NCBI GenBank assembly: GCA_016722575.1
Contig: JADKIY010000001.1
Location: 768,887-832,886 of the forward strand
DNA from: Elusimicrobiota bacterium
GTDB taxonomy: Bacteria > Elusimicrobiota > Elusimicrobia > FEN-1173
Direction: 5' to 3'
DNA length: 64,000 bases
Shown here: positions 37,801 through 43,842 of the stretch, piece by piece
Position numbering within the stretch: the first letter of the stretch is position 1
How the letters are laid out: every line of letters starts with the position of its first letter
Notes under the pieces: generated by a model
The model's database searches: none
What the model was told of the DNA's origin: nothing
What the model saw: only the letters and a program-made list of their open reading frames with translations
Program-made: the position numbers and the translations under genes

Positions 37801-39099
37801 GTAGCTGGAGAGTTGGCCGAAATCGTCCAGGCGAATTTTGTTGTCGGCGCAGACCTGGCGCAGGTGGCGGTGGTAGTCGCCGTAGCCCATCCGGCCCGTG
37901 CGGTAATCGATGCTTCGGGCCACCAAGTCCTGGAGGGCCGGTTTCGACAGGCGGCGGACCAAAACTTCCACCAGGCGTTGGCGCTCGGTTTCCACGGCCT
38001 TGAAATCGAGGTTTTCCTCCCAATCCAGGGCGTTCAGCATCAGGCGGACGTTGGGAATGTCCAGGCGCCCGTCCCGGCCGCCGGGGGTTTTGACCAGGGC
38101 CCGGACGTAGTCGCCCAACTTTTCCCGCTGGGCCTTGTAGGCTTCAAAATGCCGGTCGAAGTTCTTGAGGCCTTCGGAGAAGGTTTTTTTCTTTTCCTGG
38201 TCGGCGACGGCCCGCAGGGTGGCCAGGGTGGCGAGGAGGGTGGTTTTGGTCTTGAAAGCGGTTTTGAGGGCTTTGACGTTCCCTTCGTAGAGGGCCGAGT
38301 CTTCCGCGCCGTAGAAGGCCGGGGCCTGGGGCAGGGTGAGTCCGGCGTACTCGGGCCCCGCGATCAGGCCTTTAATCAAAAGGAAATCGGCGATGTCTTT
38401 GGTGATGGACGAATCGGGGTAGGTGCGGTAGGGGTCCAGGGTGAAGGAGCCCGAGGCGCCTTCCAGTCCCACCAGGTTGACCCGGCGTTCCTGCATGAGC
38501 GCCCCGAGCATGGCGGAGATGTTTCGCTGGGCTTCCTCGATGCCGTGGGCGTCTTGGATGTGAACGACCACCGGGGCGTTGGCTTTGGGGGAGAGGTAGA
38601 CGTCCCGCACCCAGCCGTAGGGCGTGACCAGCTTGCCCAGCCAGTCCTGGGGGGCCGTTTTGGTGGGGGGGATCTTGGCCAATTCTCCGGGGGTGGAGGA
38701 AATGGCGGATCCGCCGGCCGAGCCCAGGTCCATCCGGACCGCCTGGGGGATTTGGGACAAGAGCATGTTGCCCTCTTGCCCCAGGTCGATCCCCTCGGAT
38801 TCCGGCGGCTGCATTTTGCGCGCCGCGACCCGACGAGCGCTCCAAAAGTTTTGCTCCTGGGCGTAGACGCCGAGGACGTTGCAGAAAAAGAAGGAGGCCG
38901 CCAAGGCGCCGCCCAGGGCGGACCGAAGGCCCGCCGAAGGTCGGAGGAGCCGTCGCTCCTTTGGAGCGCCGACTGTCCCCGGAGCTCCGCGAAGGGGGCG
39001 GAGGAGCCGTCGCTCCTTTGGAGCGCCGACTGTCCCCGGAGCTCCGCGAAGGGGGCGGAGGGACGGGAGAAAGCGAAGTAAGGCTTTGGTTTTCGTCAT
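28777..39099 (-). CDS. Giant-locus ORF1: 3440-aa multidomain membrane protein (signal/TM, possible TraB/GumN-like domain, TM block, long helical regions, 2x FHA, 2x four-TM His-rich module)
   Basis: Uninterrupted 10.3-kb frame with protein-like composition throughout. FHA signatures are LTLGRQ...VSRKHAALAWSG...NFSPNNTTVD and LQFGRED...ISRNQFSLS...LLDEQSANGT. Modules ATI[PS]GLVPLI...IDH[SA]FF...FGFSHRS...H.VHN are at ~31645-32165 and ~29350-29910. VHIQDAHG and VLVAGGFHTEGL resemble TraB/GumN family motifs (weak). Confidence 0.7.
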   Translation of the reverse strand: MTKTKALLRFLPSLRPLRGAPGTVGAPKERRLLRPLRGAPGTVGAPKERRLLRPSAGLRSALGGALAASFFFCNVLGVYAQEQNFWSARRVAARKMQPPESEGIDLGQEGNMLLSQIPQAVRMDLGSAGGSAISSTPGELAKIPPTKTAPQDWLGKLVTPYGWVRDVYLSPKANAPVVVHIQDAHGIEEAQRNISAMLGALMQERRVNLVGLEGASGSFTLDPYRTYPDSSITKDIADFLLIKGLIAGPEYAGLTLPQAPAFYGAEDSALYEGNVKALKTAFKTKTTLLATLATLRAVADQEKKKTFSEGLKNFDRHFEAYKAQREKLGDYVRALVKTPGGRDGRLDIPNVRLMLNALDWEENLDFKAVETERQRLVEVLVRRLSKPALQDLVARSIDYRTGRMGYGDYHRHLRQVCADNKIRLDDFGQLSSYITYVLLAEKISRNELVAELDQLEIAAQNSLAKTPAETALMNIARDLALLEKMLRHEMAMPDWVAYEKRRPEILALRDRLAALDPTVARLPSLTVETLKPFEDFCSYAVRRNDALVANLLAKMAEKGTTTGVLVAGGFHTEGLTGLLRQKQISYVVVTPKITDVPGESDYLDILAHDPVPLEKLVAGDRIYLSHPIALADATGETPRFIHGAQEVLQNGVRAVSVSAAEALEPCDNVHGAADRHVDLGNGHAVDMVRRTGSVVAAFGALVGGLASRMSGLFARAAALPGALTESVVVRARSALSDLARRPLFSGNYAGSMRTDPARTVLWSAPFGENARFLLYVYPILLLAGSPAWSLTAALVVAAKITLATHKQVYYYGKDGALQQREATPLDRLGIFSLFTAFGVASLAVTVFLTGAFVPSFAAFGPTEIIQNLPLLVRELGNTLLSLGTSHFWAAPLQGLQELAGVSSSVLGPVVGGFAVGVLGHAGVNWAQRRGGGAFLTGSTEDHLAGLSNLRRYGKFTSPTALAGLDRLLAPDQRLNEKPELALALNRLLNMARQGAGTSTQDVPVPGEVMAERIVHHAISNPEALVRLGEFFDRMDAYDRSERAMIALAGHVLVKEGADFGAATQALLSAPADLQRLHREFRQLYFQRVADSPKLLTEGPDAQTLWKISFLLGEVFDQTKSQTIQNTLGNRLLSSPDPGESAAAIERVLKSQFVRENEGMIFGLTKVHFLELLARSPVGRESETAPLEFFTGLSELLFEGDKPSRYQTEEKAAVGLLLLGLVYPDLQKPLLADLAVAGQSARFNLSSEVERALESAFSPWEDTRDRPLKGPLAQAPAFVQAFERTKTLRALNIPSDDLKHLGALSPEEIALLGTLGVRVDPRKIRSSEGSFMGFAARALATTARNTGSSTARPERMAALAERLRGIAERWSVPEEGHLINHVDGALSRHIGPAASLDLLMFLAEKNRVPSVGLLDEALAGLPYWSERDPFFEFLRRTDPAIDYYRLIETFYRWSLLLKLHAEANSREKLEPSLEAMRALAAAFAGGSLRPKNLARTVEAVVAAAERQAVLEVFGEENAPILEKLDQRQLTQLIVATSLTTSLRPERAPTGETAGLADRLKSAVTTWLETLRNGGTAEAANAAAAAHNLAQIPGNGEAKAALLAAGYSPALWDRGIVVPAQDVAPLSAQERIVQVQRQTEQLVQIARSLGLVKAAEAAQTADALDTYAAAEQFVNERILGQRDEAIDRLSRDGVENPEERFLQIQLHFNEILIALRSLLATQKLKDDARARVSVKIQKSLLDEVAAGHRVPGCFNPFGGGHQEMPVAHALESNSAFAMAYDEATGAMIANVVLVMTDQGVLVFGDYNASGYDLSPVWKAAWEQLARLTPGVILAPASAGRARFQPGDGAAEFNNETVKKTWNVIPEAYFDFGVTNERQGTADFFLNNALRITRPAEPVVETPVAPVVPAITGNTILTPTSGPRRLGTFPSVLVLSGNRVSLSLEGNRLIATGPEGREVLQPGESLTLGRQTAAEGRTLRLSGVEVSRKHAALAWSGSEATVENFSPNNTTVDVSPAEEGNSGRERLESTLLASVRGDLGILAQGRALRIPLDVYIKGDKIRVVPQDGAVVLSDIQNAAAFAVAVDIEASEGGRSARYTLSDIRDEAGQRVSAAGTLRRGDSGNLELGDDLAQMRTVRLHLDTRLNDHLAALGRPLANEPLSDEVYALEQTVSSLQRNQTPGRIEAFSAEYLTALVDAWRNVRATALLGGPSQNAGAVNIPRKHLPVPLVVNGVHLVLESTPEGGLSLLLPNGHRRTGATLQFGREDLGVGPTSGISRNQFSLSIVGNDVVLLDEQSANGTLAPTSTGAPRGPPAATISGLVPLIGRLYGLNPANPADLNRIINEKAPLVETVVTGVFFYAAVGLLSALGSAVGFHIDHAFFAATGLFALVNLAFGFSHRSVYRFKPPLPGVTRTGRWEAEPAPASLRDRWALALRGAAIHTPLLLAFMDPLGGLFLAPLGALTSVAFHVVHNQLAARFGWTAATAANGDQGPPSNAKRLVKMSLADFLQEYAKEDFFRPGYFGYNAPAIRARLDEWFGPSGWSIKHVINDQIVDESRAYEFYEEGYYQYFKSHPDELDRLVKMARDVYDTAPSNVASGGDYTKQGDTPARHLQDIAIRNVVKRLGRAFEGTELIQVRGRGTPGEQWAPGNIPIHDASLIRQPEMRNWWKAGSIESFFQSTKIIVLTPHPVAQSLFANHQRFFGKERLFQLKDLAALPWALDADQFPKDAEGRPRVFTDNEINQILSGWLMLMGGSNQVNRDSFLHAREELRQLLAPDVVTRDQEAVDSHVAFAPYVVARLQETGQVPIFLARDALSINEFRRYTDQLNDQTSAAAVVYHPGIFTPVGPNRRNDDKELSQIIKSIKNIMDESFREIVAEGLFPFDQLGIKSAAVREGIEEKFKQKTAALIEGDALFADYANQIYRQFRSSGLPMTRSFVVVDTYGSGKSALFVKSVIEYFATRERGRESTPFKVDVLLGRSNHVSLSQPELSDIYAVDTREKAFLDLYWPFQYAAVHNANSHFPMFGVKTNPTKLLSLAYQSLTLYNQAVRFGRGEIPILKTGAAPNVHRDRGPPATIPGLVPLIARLYRLNPNSPEDLNKIVTEKAPFVESALFGLFYFGAMVLMSNLDVIVSGFLGVPVSLNPTIFNQYSLFALANLAFGALHARVYTYRDGQWEVESNPDGTPKFASWGTRLSLAVRGMAIHSPLLWTNLFPLLGPLVTILGAATSVVLHIVHNELASHFGWRAMTAGGPASSSAGAFRRFAIAGRYATQPGEKPADTARRLADLSTTAGEILTKVDKGTAAMLIRRILEVPLSSTDLTDQFDIAYVAEGKDVRNSQRKPVPSRPARGELDALKSIGGHGTPRFGLADFIETPDGKEQIQWYVEEFVEGQTLHEIKAHGRMDPGLARQTVKTLFDIARHWEGPGLKERPSQLGNDRRPHR
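32180..32420 (-). other. FHA domain 2 within giant ORF1
   Basis: ...LQFGREDLGVGPTSGISRNQFSLSIVGNDVVLLDEQSANGTLAP carries the G-R...S-R/H...N-G-T FHA signature. Confidence 0.6.
33060..33330 (-). other. FHA domain 1 within giant ORF1
   Basis: ...LTLGRQTAAEGRTLRLSGVEVSRKHAALAWSGSEATVENFSPNNTTVD carries the same FHA signature. Confidence 0.6.
38944..39057. repeat. 57-bp in-frame tandem duplication near the 5' end of giant ORF1
   Basis: gaggagccgtcgctcctttggagcgccgactgtccccggagctccgcgaagggggcg x2, with a partial copy upstream. Encodes LRPLRGAPGTVGAPKERRL x2, just before the predicted signal/TM segment. Confidence 0.8.
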
Positions 39100-39213
39100 G
39101 GATGAGCTGCGGCGCGGGGCTCTCTCCCCTCGGCGCGGCTTAATAGAAGAATAGGGGAAGAAGGGCGAAAAAGCCCTTAAGGGATGGTAAATTTATTGTA
39201 ACGGGTTTTTGGG

Positions 39214-39558
39214 TTAAACGCCGAAGGATTCGCCGCAGGAGCAGGTGGCGGTGGCGTTGGGGTTCTTGAAGAGAAATCGGCGGGAAAACATCTTGTCTTC
39301 GTAGTCCAGGGTGGTGCCGGCCAGGTAAAGCAGACTTTTTTTGTCCACATAAACCGTGACGCCGTGGGCGTCCACCCGGTGGTCGGTTTGGGGGGCGGGG
39401 CCCACCAGGGGTTCCAGGGAGTAACTGAACCCCGAGCAGCCGCCCGCCGTGACTTTCACCCGCAGGGCCTCGGCGCCTTGGCCTTTTTCGGCCAAAAGCT
39501 TTTTGGCGCGCTGGGCGGCGCGTTCGGTTACGTCAAAGAGGGCTTGGGTTTCGATCAC
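39214..39558 (-). CDS. HesB/IscA-family Fe-S cluster insertion protein
   Basis: ...VTAGGCSGFSY...C-terminal TCSCGESFGV (Cys-x-Cys motif). GTG start. Confidence 0.85.
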   Translation of the reverse strand: MIETQALFDVTERAAQRAKKLLAEKGQGAEALRVKVTAGGCSGFSYSLEPLVGPAPQTDHRVDAHGVTVYVDKKSLLYLAGTTLDYEDKMFSRRFLFKNPNATATCSCGESFGV

Positions 39559-39882
39559 TTAGGCGTCGAAGGATTTGCCGCAGCCGCAGCTTTTTTTGGC
39601 GTTGGGGTTGGAGATGGCGAAGCCGCCGCCGGAGAAATCCTCTTTGTAGTCGATGACGGCGCCCGCCAAAAGCGCGGCGCTCGGCTCGTCGATCACCAGG
39701 TTCAGTCCGCTCAAATCCAGGGCGGTGTCCCCGTCTTTTTTGTCGTCGAAGGTGAACCCGTATTGGTAGCTGGAGCAGCCGCCTTTTTCGACGTAGACGC
39801 GCAGGGCTTTGCCGGCGAGTCCCTTGTCGTTGGCGTAAAATTCCTTGACCTTTTCCACCGCGTTCGGGGTCATTGTGAGCAT
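39559..39882 (-). CDS. HesB/IscA-family Fe-S cluster insertion protein (tandem paralog)
   Basis: ...VEKGGCSSYQY...C-terminal SCGCGKSFDA. Directly abuts the downstream paralog. Confidence 0.85.
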   Translation of the reverse strand: MLTMTPNAVEKVKEFYANDKGLAGKALRVYVEKGGCSSYQYGFTFDDKKDGDTALDLSGLNLVIDEPSAALLAGAVIDYKEDFSGGGFAISNPNAKKSCGCGKSFDA

Positions 39883-39934
39883 GGTTCCTCCGGGATTCTT
39901 GATTTCGATCTAATTATGCCAAAAAAGTCATATA

Positions 39935-39963
39935 TTGTCAACGACGGAAAAGAGCGGTATAAT
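39935..39963 (+). promoter_or_regulatory. Near-consensus promoter TTGTCA-N17-TATAAT placed so the def mRNA would be leaderless
   Basis: TTGTCA at 39935-39940 and a perfect TATAAT at 39958-39963. The def ATG at 39970 is only 6 nt after the -10. No SD sequence. Confidence 0.45.
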
Positions 39964-39969
39964 ACTTCC

Positions 39970-40500
39970 ATGTCCACCGCCGCCGAGTCCCCGACCCTGT
40001 TGGAAATCCGCAAATTCGGGGACCCCGTGCTTCAACGCCCCGCCAAGCCCGTCGAAAAAATCGACGAAAAGCTTTTGCGCCTCGTCGCCGCCATGTTCCG
40101 CACCATGTACGCGGAGCCGGGCATTGGCTTAGCCGCGCCTCAGGTGGGCGTCTCCCTTCGCCTGATGGTGCTGGACGTGGCCCCCGAAGGCCAAAGCCGG
40201 CCCCTGGCCCTTCTCAATCCGGTCTTTTTGGAAAAGAAGGGGAAGATTCGTTCCGAGGAAGGATGCCTTTCTTTTCCGGGAATCCAAGTGACGGTGCCCC
40301 GGGCGGCCCGGGTCAAGGTGTCGGGCATCAACGAACGCGGCCTGCCCGTGACCGTCGAGGCCGAAGGCCTCTTGTCCCGCTGCCTTCAGCACGAAATGGA
40401 CCATTTGGACGGGGTCGTCATGATCGACCGCCTCCGTCTTCCCCAGAGGCTCAAGGTCCTCTGGGACATTCGCCAGCGTAAAAAAGCCGGGCTCTGGTAG
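39970..40500 (+). CDS. def: Peptide deformylase
   Basis: GIGLAAPQVG, EGCLSFPG and HEMDHLDG are the three PDF motifs. The six-frame ORF from 39364 is an antisense extension over the iscA genes. Confidence 0.9.
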   Translation: MSTAAESPTLLEIRKFGDPVLQRPAKPVEKIDEKLLRLVAAMFRTMYAEPGIGLAAPQVGVSLRLMVLDVAPEGQSRPLALLNPVFLEKKGKIRSEEGCLSFPGIQVTVPRAARVKVSGINERGLPVTVEAEGLLSRCLQHEMDHLDGVVMIDRLRLPQRLKVLWDIRQRKKAGLW

Positions 40501-40516
40501 CCCCCAAGGACCTCCC

Positions 40517-40852
40517 GTGACCGAACCCGCCGCTCCGCCCTCCGCGCTTTTAAAGATGGTTCGCGCTTCCCGCCATCTCATCACCGCCGTGTGCGTCGTT
40601 TTGGTTTTTGTCACCATCGTTTCTCTTTTCCGAAACGCTCTGGCCCCCTCCGGTTCCTGGCGACTCCTGGCCGAAAGCGGCCAGGTGTTCCTCCCCGCCG
40701 TTTTTCTTTTCGTCCTTTTCAATAATCTCGCCCACCGTTACCCGGTCAGCGAGGCGGCCAAGGCCCGTTTAAAAACGGCTTCCCGGGTTTGTCTCGGCCT
40801 GGCGGTCCTGGGGTTTGTGATGGGTTACCTGTATCTCCGGCGTTCCGCCTGA
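40517..40852 (+). CDS. Small hypothetical membrane protein (2-3 TM)
   Basis: 111-aa ORF filling the def-fmt gap. Two strongly hydrophobic helices. Confidence 0.4.
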   Translation: MTEPAAPPSALLKMVRASRHLITAVCVVLVFVTIVSLFRNALAPSGSWRLLAESGQVFLPAVFLFVLFNNLAHRYPVSEAAKARLKTASRVCLGLAVLGFVMGYLYLRRSA

Positions 40853-40855
40853 GAA

Positions 40856-41785
40856 TTGATGCTTAAATCGGTTTTCTTCGGCACCCCGTCGGTGGCGGTG
40901 CCTTTTTTAGAGCGGTTGGCCAAAACCACCCGCGTGGTCGGCGTGGTGACGAGTCCCGACAAACCCGCCGGCCGCGGCTATCAACTGGCGGCCCCCCCGG
41001 TCAAAATCGCCGCCGAAAAACTGGGCCTCCCCGTCCACCAACCCCCTTCCCTGAAGACTTTTTCCCTTCGGGCCGCCCTGGGCGAAACGCCCGACCTGGG
41101 CATCGTCGTGGCCTACGGCCACCTGATCCCTTCGGCGGTCTTCGACGCCCCGCGGTTCGGCCTGGTCAACGCGCATTTTTCCCTGGTGCCCCGTTACCGC
41201 GGGGCGGGGCCCATGCAATGGGCCCTCATCCGGGGGGAAACCGAAACCGGGGTTTCCCTGTTCCGCATCGACCAGGGGCTGGACACGGGCCCCGTGTTCC
41301 TCCAACGGGCCGCCCCCATTCTTCCGTCGGACAACGCCGCCACCCTCCGGGAACGATTGGTGGCCCTGGGCGTCGAACTTCAAGACGAGCTGATCCGTAA
41401 GTTAGAGGCGGGCCCCTTTGAACCGACGCCCCAGTCCGGCGAGGTCAGCCAGGCGCCCCTCCTAAAGAAGGAAGACGGCGAAATTTTCTGGGACCGGTAC
41501 ACCGCCGACCAGGTGGCCAATCTCGTTCGTGGAACCTACGAATGGCCCGGGGCTTTCGCTCGAATGAAGGGCCAGCGGATTAAAATCCGCGCGGCGGAAC
41601 CCCGGTCCGGCGGCAACGGCCGCCCCGGCGAAGTGATCGCCGTCGAGAAGGGGCGCGGATTTTTGGTAAAATGCCTGTCGGACAGCGTCCGGGTGACCCG
41701 GGTTCAGCCCGACGGGAAAAAGGAAATGGACGCGGAAAGCTTTTGGAACGGCGCGCGCCTTTCCGTCGGCGACACGTTCGAATAA
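40856..41785 (+). CDS. fmt: Methionyl-tRNA formyltransferase
   Basis: FFGTPS.AVP.L..L......VVGVVT.PDKP.GRG; ...NAHFSLVPRYRGAGP is the formyltransferase core. Confidence 0.9.
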   Translation: MMLKSVFFGTPSVAVPFLERLAKTTRVVGVVTSPDKPAGRGYQLAAPPVKIAAEKLGLPVHQPPSLKTFSLRAALGETPDLGIVVAYGHLIPSAVFDAPRFGLVNAHFSLVPRYRGAGPMQWALIRGETETGVSLFRIDQGLDTGPVFLQRAAPILPSDNAATLRERLVALGVELQDELIRKLEAGPFEPTPQSGEVSQAPLLKKEDGEIFWDRYTADQVANLVRGTYEWPGAFARMKGQRIKIRAAEPRSGGNGRPGEVIAVEKGRGFLVKCLSDSVRVTRVQPDGKKEMDAESFWNGARLSVGDTFE

Positions 41786-41800
41786 CGGAGGAATGATTTT

Positions 41801-42688
41801 ATGGGTTTTATGAGACGCATCGTTTTGTTCATGGCCGTCAACCTGTTGGTAGTGGTGACGATTTCCATCGTCCTGCAACTCTTGGGGGTCCACGGTTACA
41901 TGACCGCCCGGGGGTTGGATTACCAGGCGCTCATGTTTTTCTGTCTGATTTGGGGCATGCTCGGCGCTCTGATTTCCCTGGCGTTGTCCCGGATCATGGC
42001 CAAATGGATGATGGGCGTCCGGGTCATCGATCCGGCCCAGGCCACCGGCGACGCCGCCTGGCTCGTTCAAACGGTGCACACCCTGGCCCGGGCCGCGGAC
42101 CTGCCCGAAATGCCCGAGGTCGGCATCTACGCCAGCCCCGAATTGAACGCCTTCGCCACGGGCCCGACGAAAAGCCGCGCCCTGGTGGCGGTGTCGGCGG
42201 GTCTTCTGGGGTCCATGGACCGGCGGCAGGTGGAAGGCGTTCTCGGCCACGAAATCACCCACATTTCCAACGGGGACATGGTGACCATGACCTTGATCCA
42301 GGGGGTGGTCAACGCCTTCGTCATGTTCTTCTCCCGGGTGATCGGTTTCCTCGTCAGCCAGCAGGTGAAGGAGGAAGCCCGCCGAAGCATTCAATTCCTG
42401 GTCACCATCGTCACGCAGATCCTTTTCAGTCTTCTGGGCATGGTGGTGGTCGCCTCCTTCTCCCGGTGGCGCGAATACCGCGCCGATGCGGGCGGGGCGC
42501 GCTTGGCCGGCCGGGAAAAAATGATCGCCGCCTTGGAAGCCCTGGGTCAATCCCGCGCTCCCATCGACACCCGGCAGGCCTCCGTGGCCGCCTTGAAAAT
42601 TTCCGGCCGGCGGGGCCTTTTGGCCCTGTTGTCCACGCACCCGCCCCTGGAAGACCGCATCGCGCGCCTGAAACGGGCGGACTACTGA
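41801..42688 (+). CDS. htpX: Zinc metalloprotease HtpX (M48 family)
   Basis: Four TM segments; HEITHISNGD (HExxH); typical HtpX length and layout. RBS GGAGGA. Confidence 0.9.
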   Translation: MGFMRRIVLFMAVNLLVVVTISIVLQLLGVHGYMTARGLDYQALMFFCLIWGMLGALISLALSRIMAKWMMGVRVIDPAQATGDAAWLVQTVHTLARAADLPEMPEVGIYASPELNAFATGPTKSRALVAVSAGLLGSMDRRQVEGVLGHEITHISNGDMVTMTLIQGVVNAFVMFFSRVIGFLVSQQVKEEARRSIQFLVTIVTQILFSLLGMVVVASFSRWREYRADAGGARLAGREKMIAALEALGQSRAPIDTRQASVAALKISGRRGLLALLSTHPPLEDRIARLKRADY

Positions 42689-42725
42689 TCCCCGCGCTCC
42701 GCCGACCTCGGCGGACCGCCCGTCC

Positions 42726-43790
42726 ATGACCGAATCCCCTTCGGCGCTTCTCGATATTCCCTTCGACCGGTGGACCGCCGCCCTCGGCCTCGAGGGCGCC
42801 AACCTTTTTCGCGCCCGCCAGGTGCAGACCTGGGTGTTCGAAAAGCGTGCCGCCTCCTTTTCCGAAATGACGGATTTGCCCGCCGATCTTCGCACGCGCT
42901 GGGAATCCGCTTTTCGCCTTCGCACGGCCTCCTTCCTCCGTCAGGACACCTCCGCCGAAGACGGCACCGCCCGCCTTTTTTTTAAGGCGGCCGACGGCCG
43001 GGATTTCTCGACCGTTTACCTCCCCGCTCGGAAGGAAACCGAGGACCGGGCCTCCTTGTGCCTGTCCACCCAGGTCGGTTGCGCCTGGGGGTGCGTGTTT
43101 TGCGCCTCGGGCCGGGTGGCCTACGAGCGAAACCTCACCCCGTCGGAAATCCTGGAGCAGATCTTCGGCGCCGAAAAAGCCACGGGCCGCCGGGCCCAAA
43201 GCCTGCTTTTTATGGGCATGGGCGAACCCCTGGCCAATTTGGACAATTTGCGGGTGGCCCTGGCCGCCATTCGTTCGCCCCTGGGCCTCAACATCGGCGC
43301 CCGACACGTGACGGTGTCCACCTCGGGGCTCGTGCCGGCGATCCGGAAACTGGCCCAGGAAGGGCCCCGGGTCAACCTGGCCATCAGCCTTCACGCCGCC
43401 GACGACGAAACCCGGCGGAAGGTCCTGCCCAAAAGTTCGGCCTGGACCATTAAAGACCTCTTGAGCGCCGCCTGGGATTACCAGAAACTGGCCGGCGGCG
43501 GCGGGCGCGTGACCTTTGAATACATCCTTCTGGCCGGGATCAACGATTCCATCCGGGAGGCCCAACGCTTGTCCAACCTCTTGCGGGGGAAAAAGGCCTG
43601 GGTCAACTTGATCGCCTACAACCCCGTGGCGGGCCTCCCCTACAAGCGTCCCGACGACGAAACGGTCCGCGCCTTCGGCAAAGTGCTGGAGGACCGGGGC
43701 CTCTTCGTTCGATTGCGAAAACCCCAGGGGACCGATATCGAGGCGGGTTGCGGCCAATTGGGCCGCCCCCGAACCCTTCCGGCGGTTTGA
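42726..43790 (+). CDS. rlmN: 23S rRNA/tRNA adenine C2-methyltransferase RlmN (radical SAM)
   Basis: CLSTQVGCAWGCVFCASG (CxxxCxxC) and the conserved C-terminal region. Confidence 0.9.
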   Translation: MTESPSALLDIPFDRWTAALGLEGANLFRARQVQTWVFEKRAASFSEMTDLPADLRTRWESAFRLRTASFLRQDTSAEDGTARLFFKAADGRDFSTVYLPARKETEDRASLCLSTQVGCAWGCVFCASGRVAYERNLTPSEILEQIFGAEKATGRRAQSLLFMGMGEPLANLDNLRVALAAIRSPLGLNIGARHVTVSTSGLVPAIRKLAQEGPRVNLAISLHAADDETRRKVLPKSSAWTIKDLLSAAWDYQKLAGGGGRVTFEYILLAGINDSIREAQRLSNLLRGKKAWVNLIAYNPVAGLPYKRPDDETVRAFGKVLEDRGLFVRLRKPQGTDIEAGCGQLGRPRTLPAV

Positions 43791-43842
43791 AAGGCCCCCC
43801 CGGTCGATATGGTAAGATGAGTTTTCTGTTTAATTCCAAACC

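Noticed and set aside
29494-39081. Numerous 100-450-aa plus-strand ORFs inside the giant locus (e.g. 37720-39081, 33139-33936, 31636-32262, 30529-31272, 27558-28583, 25866-26918)
   Set aside because: All are antisense or out-of-frame relative to the 10-kb continuous, motif-bearing minus-strand frame. Compositions are Gly/Arg/Pro-biased junk.
42426-43757. 443-aa minus-strand ORF antisense to rlmN/htpX
   Set aside because: Overlaps two confidently identified genes; low complexity.
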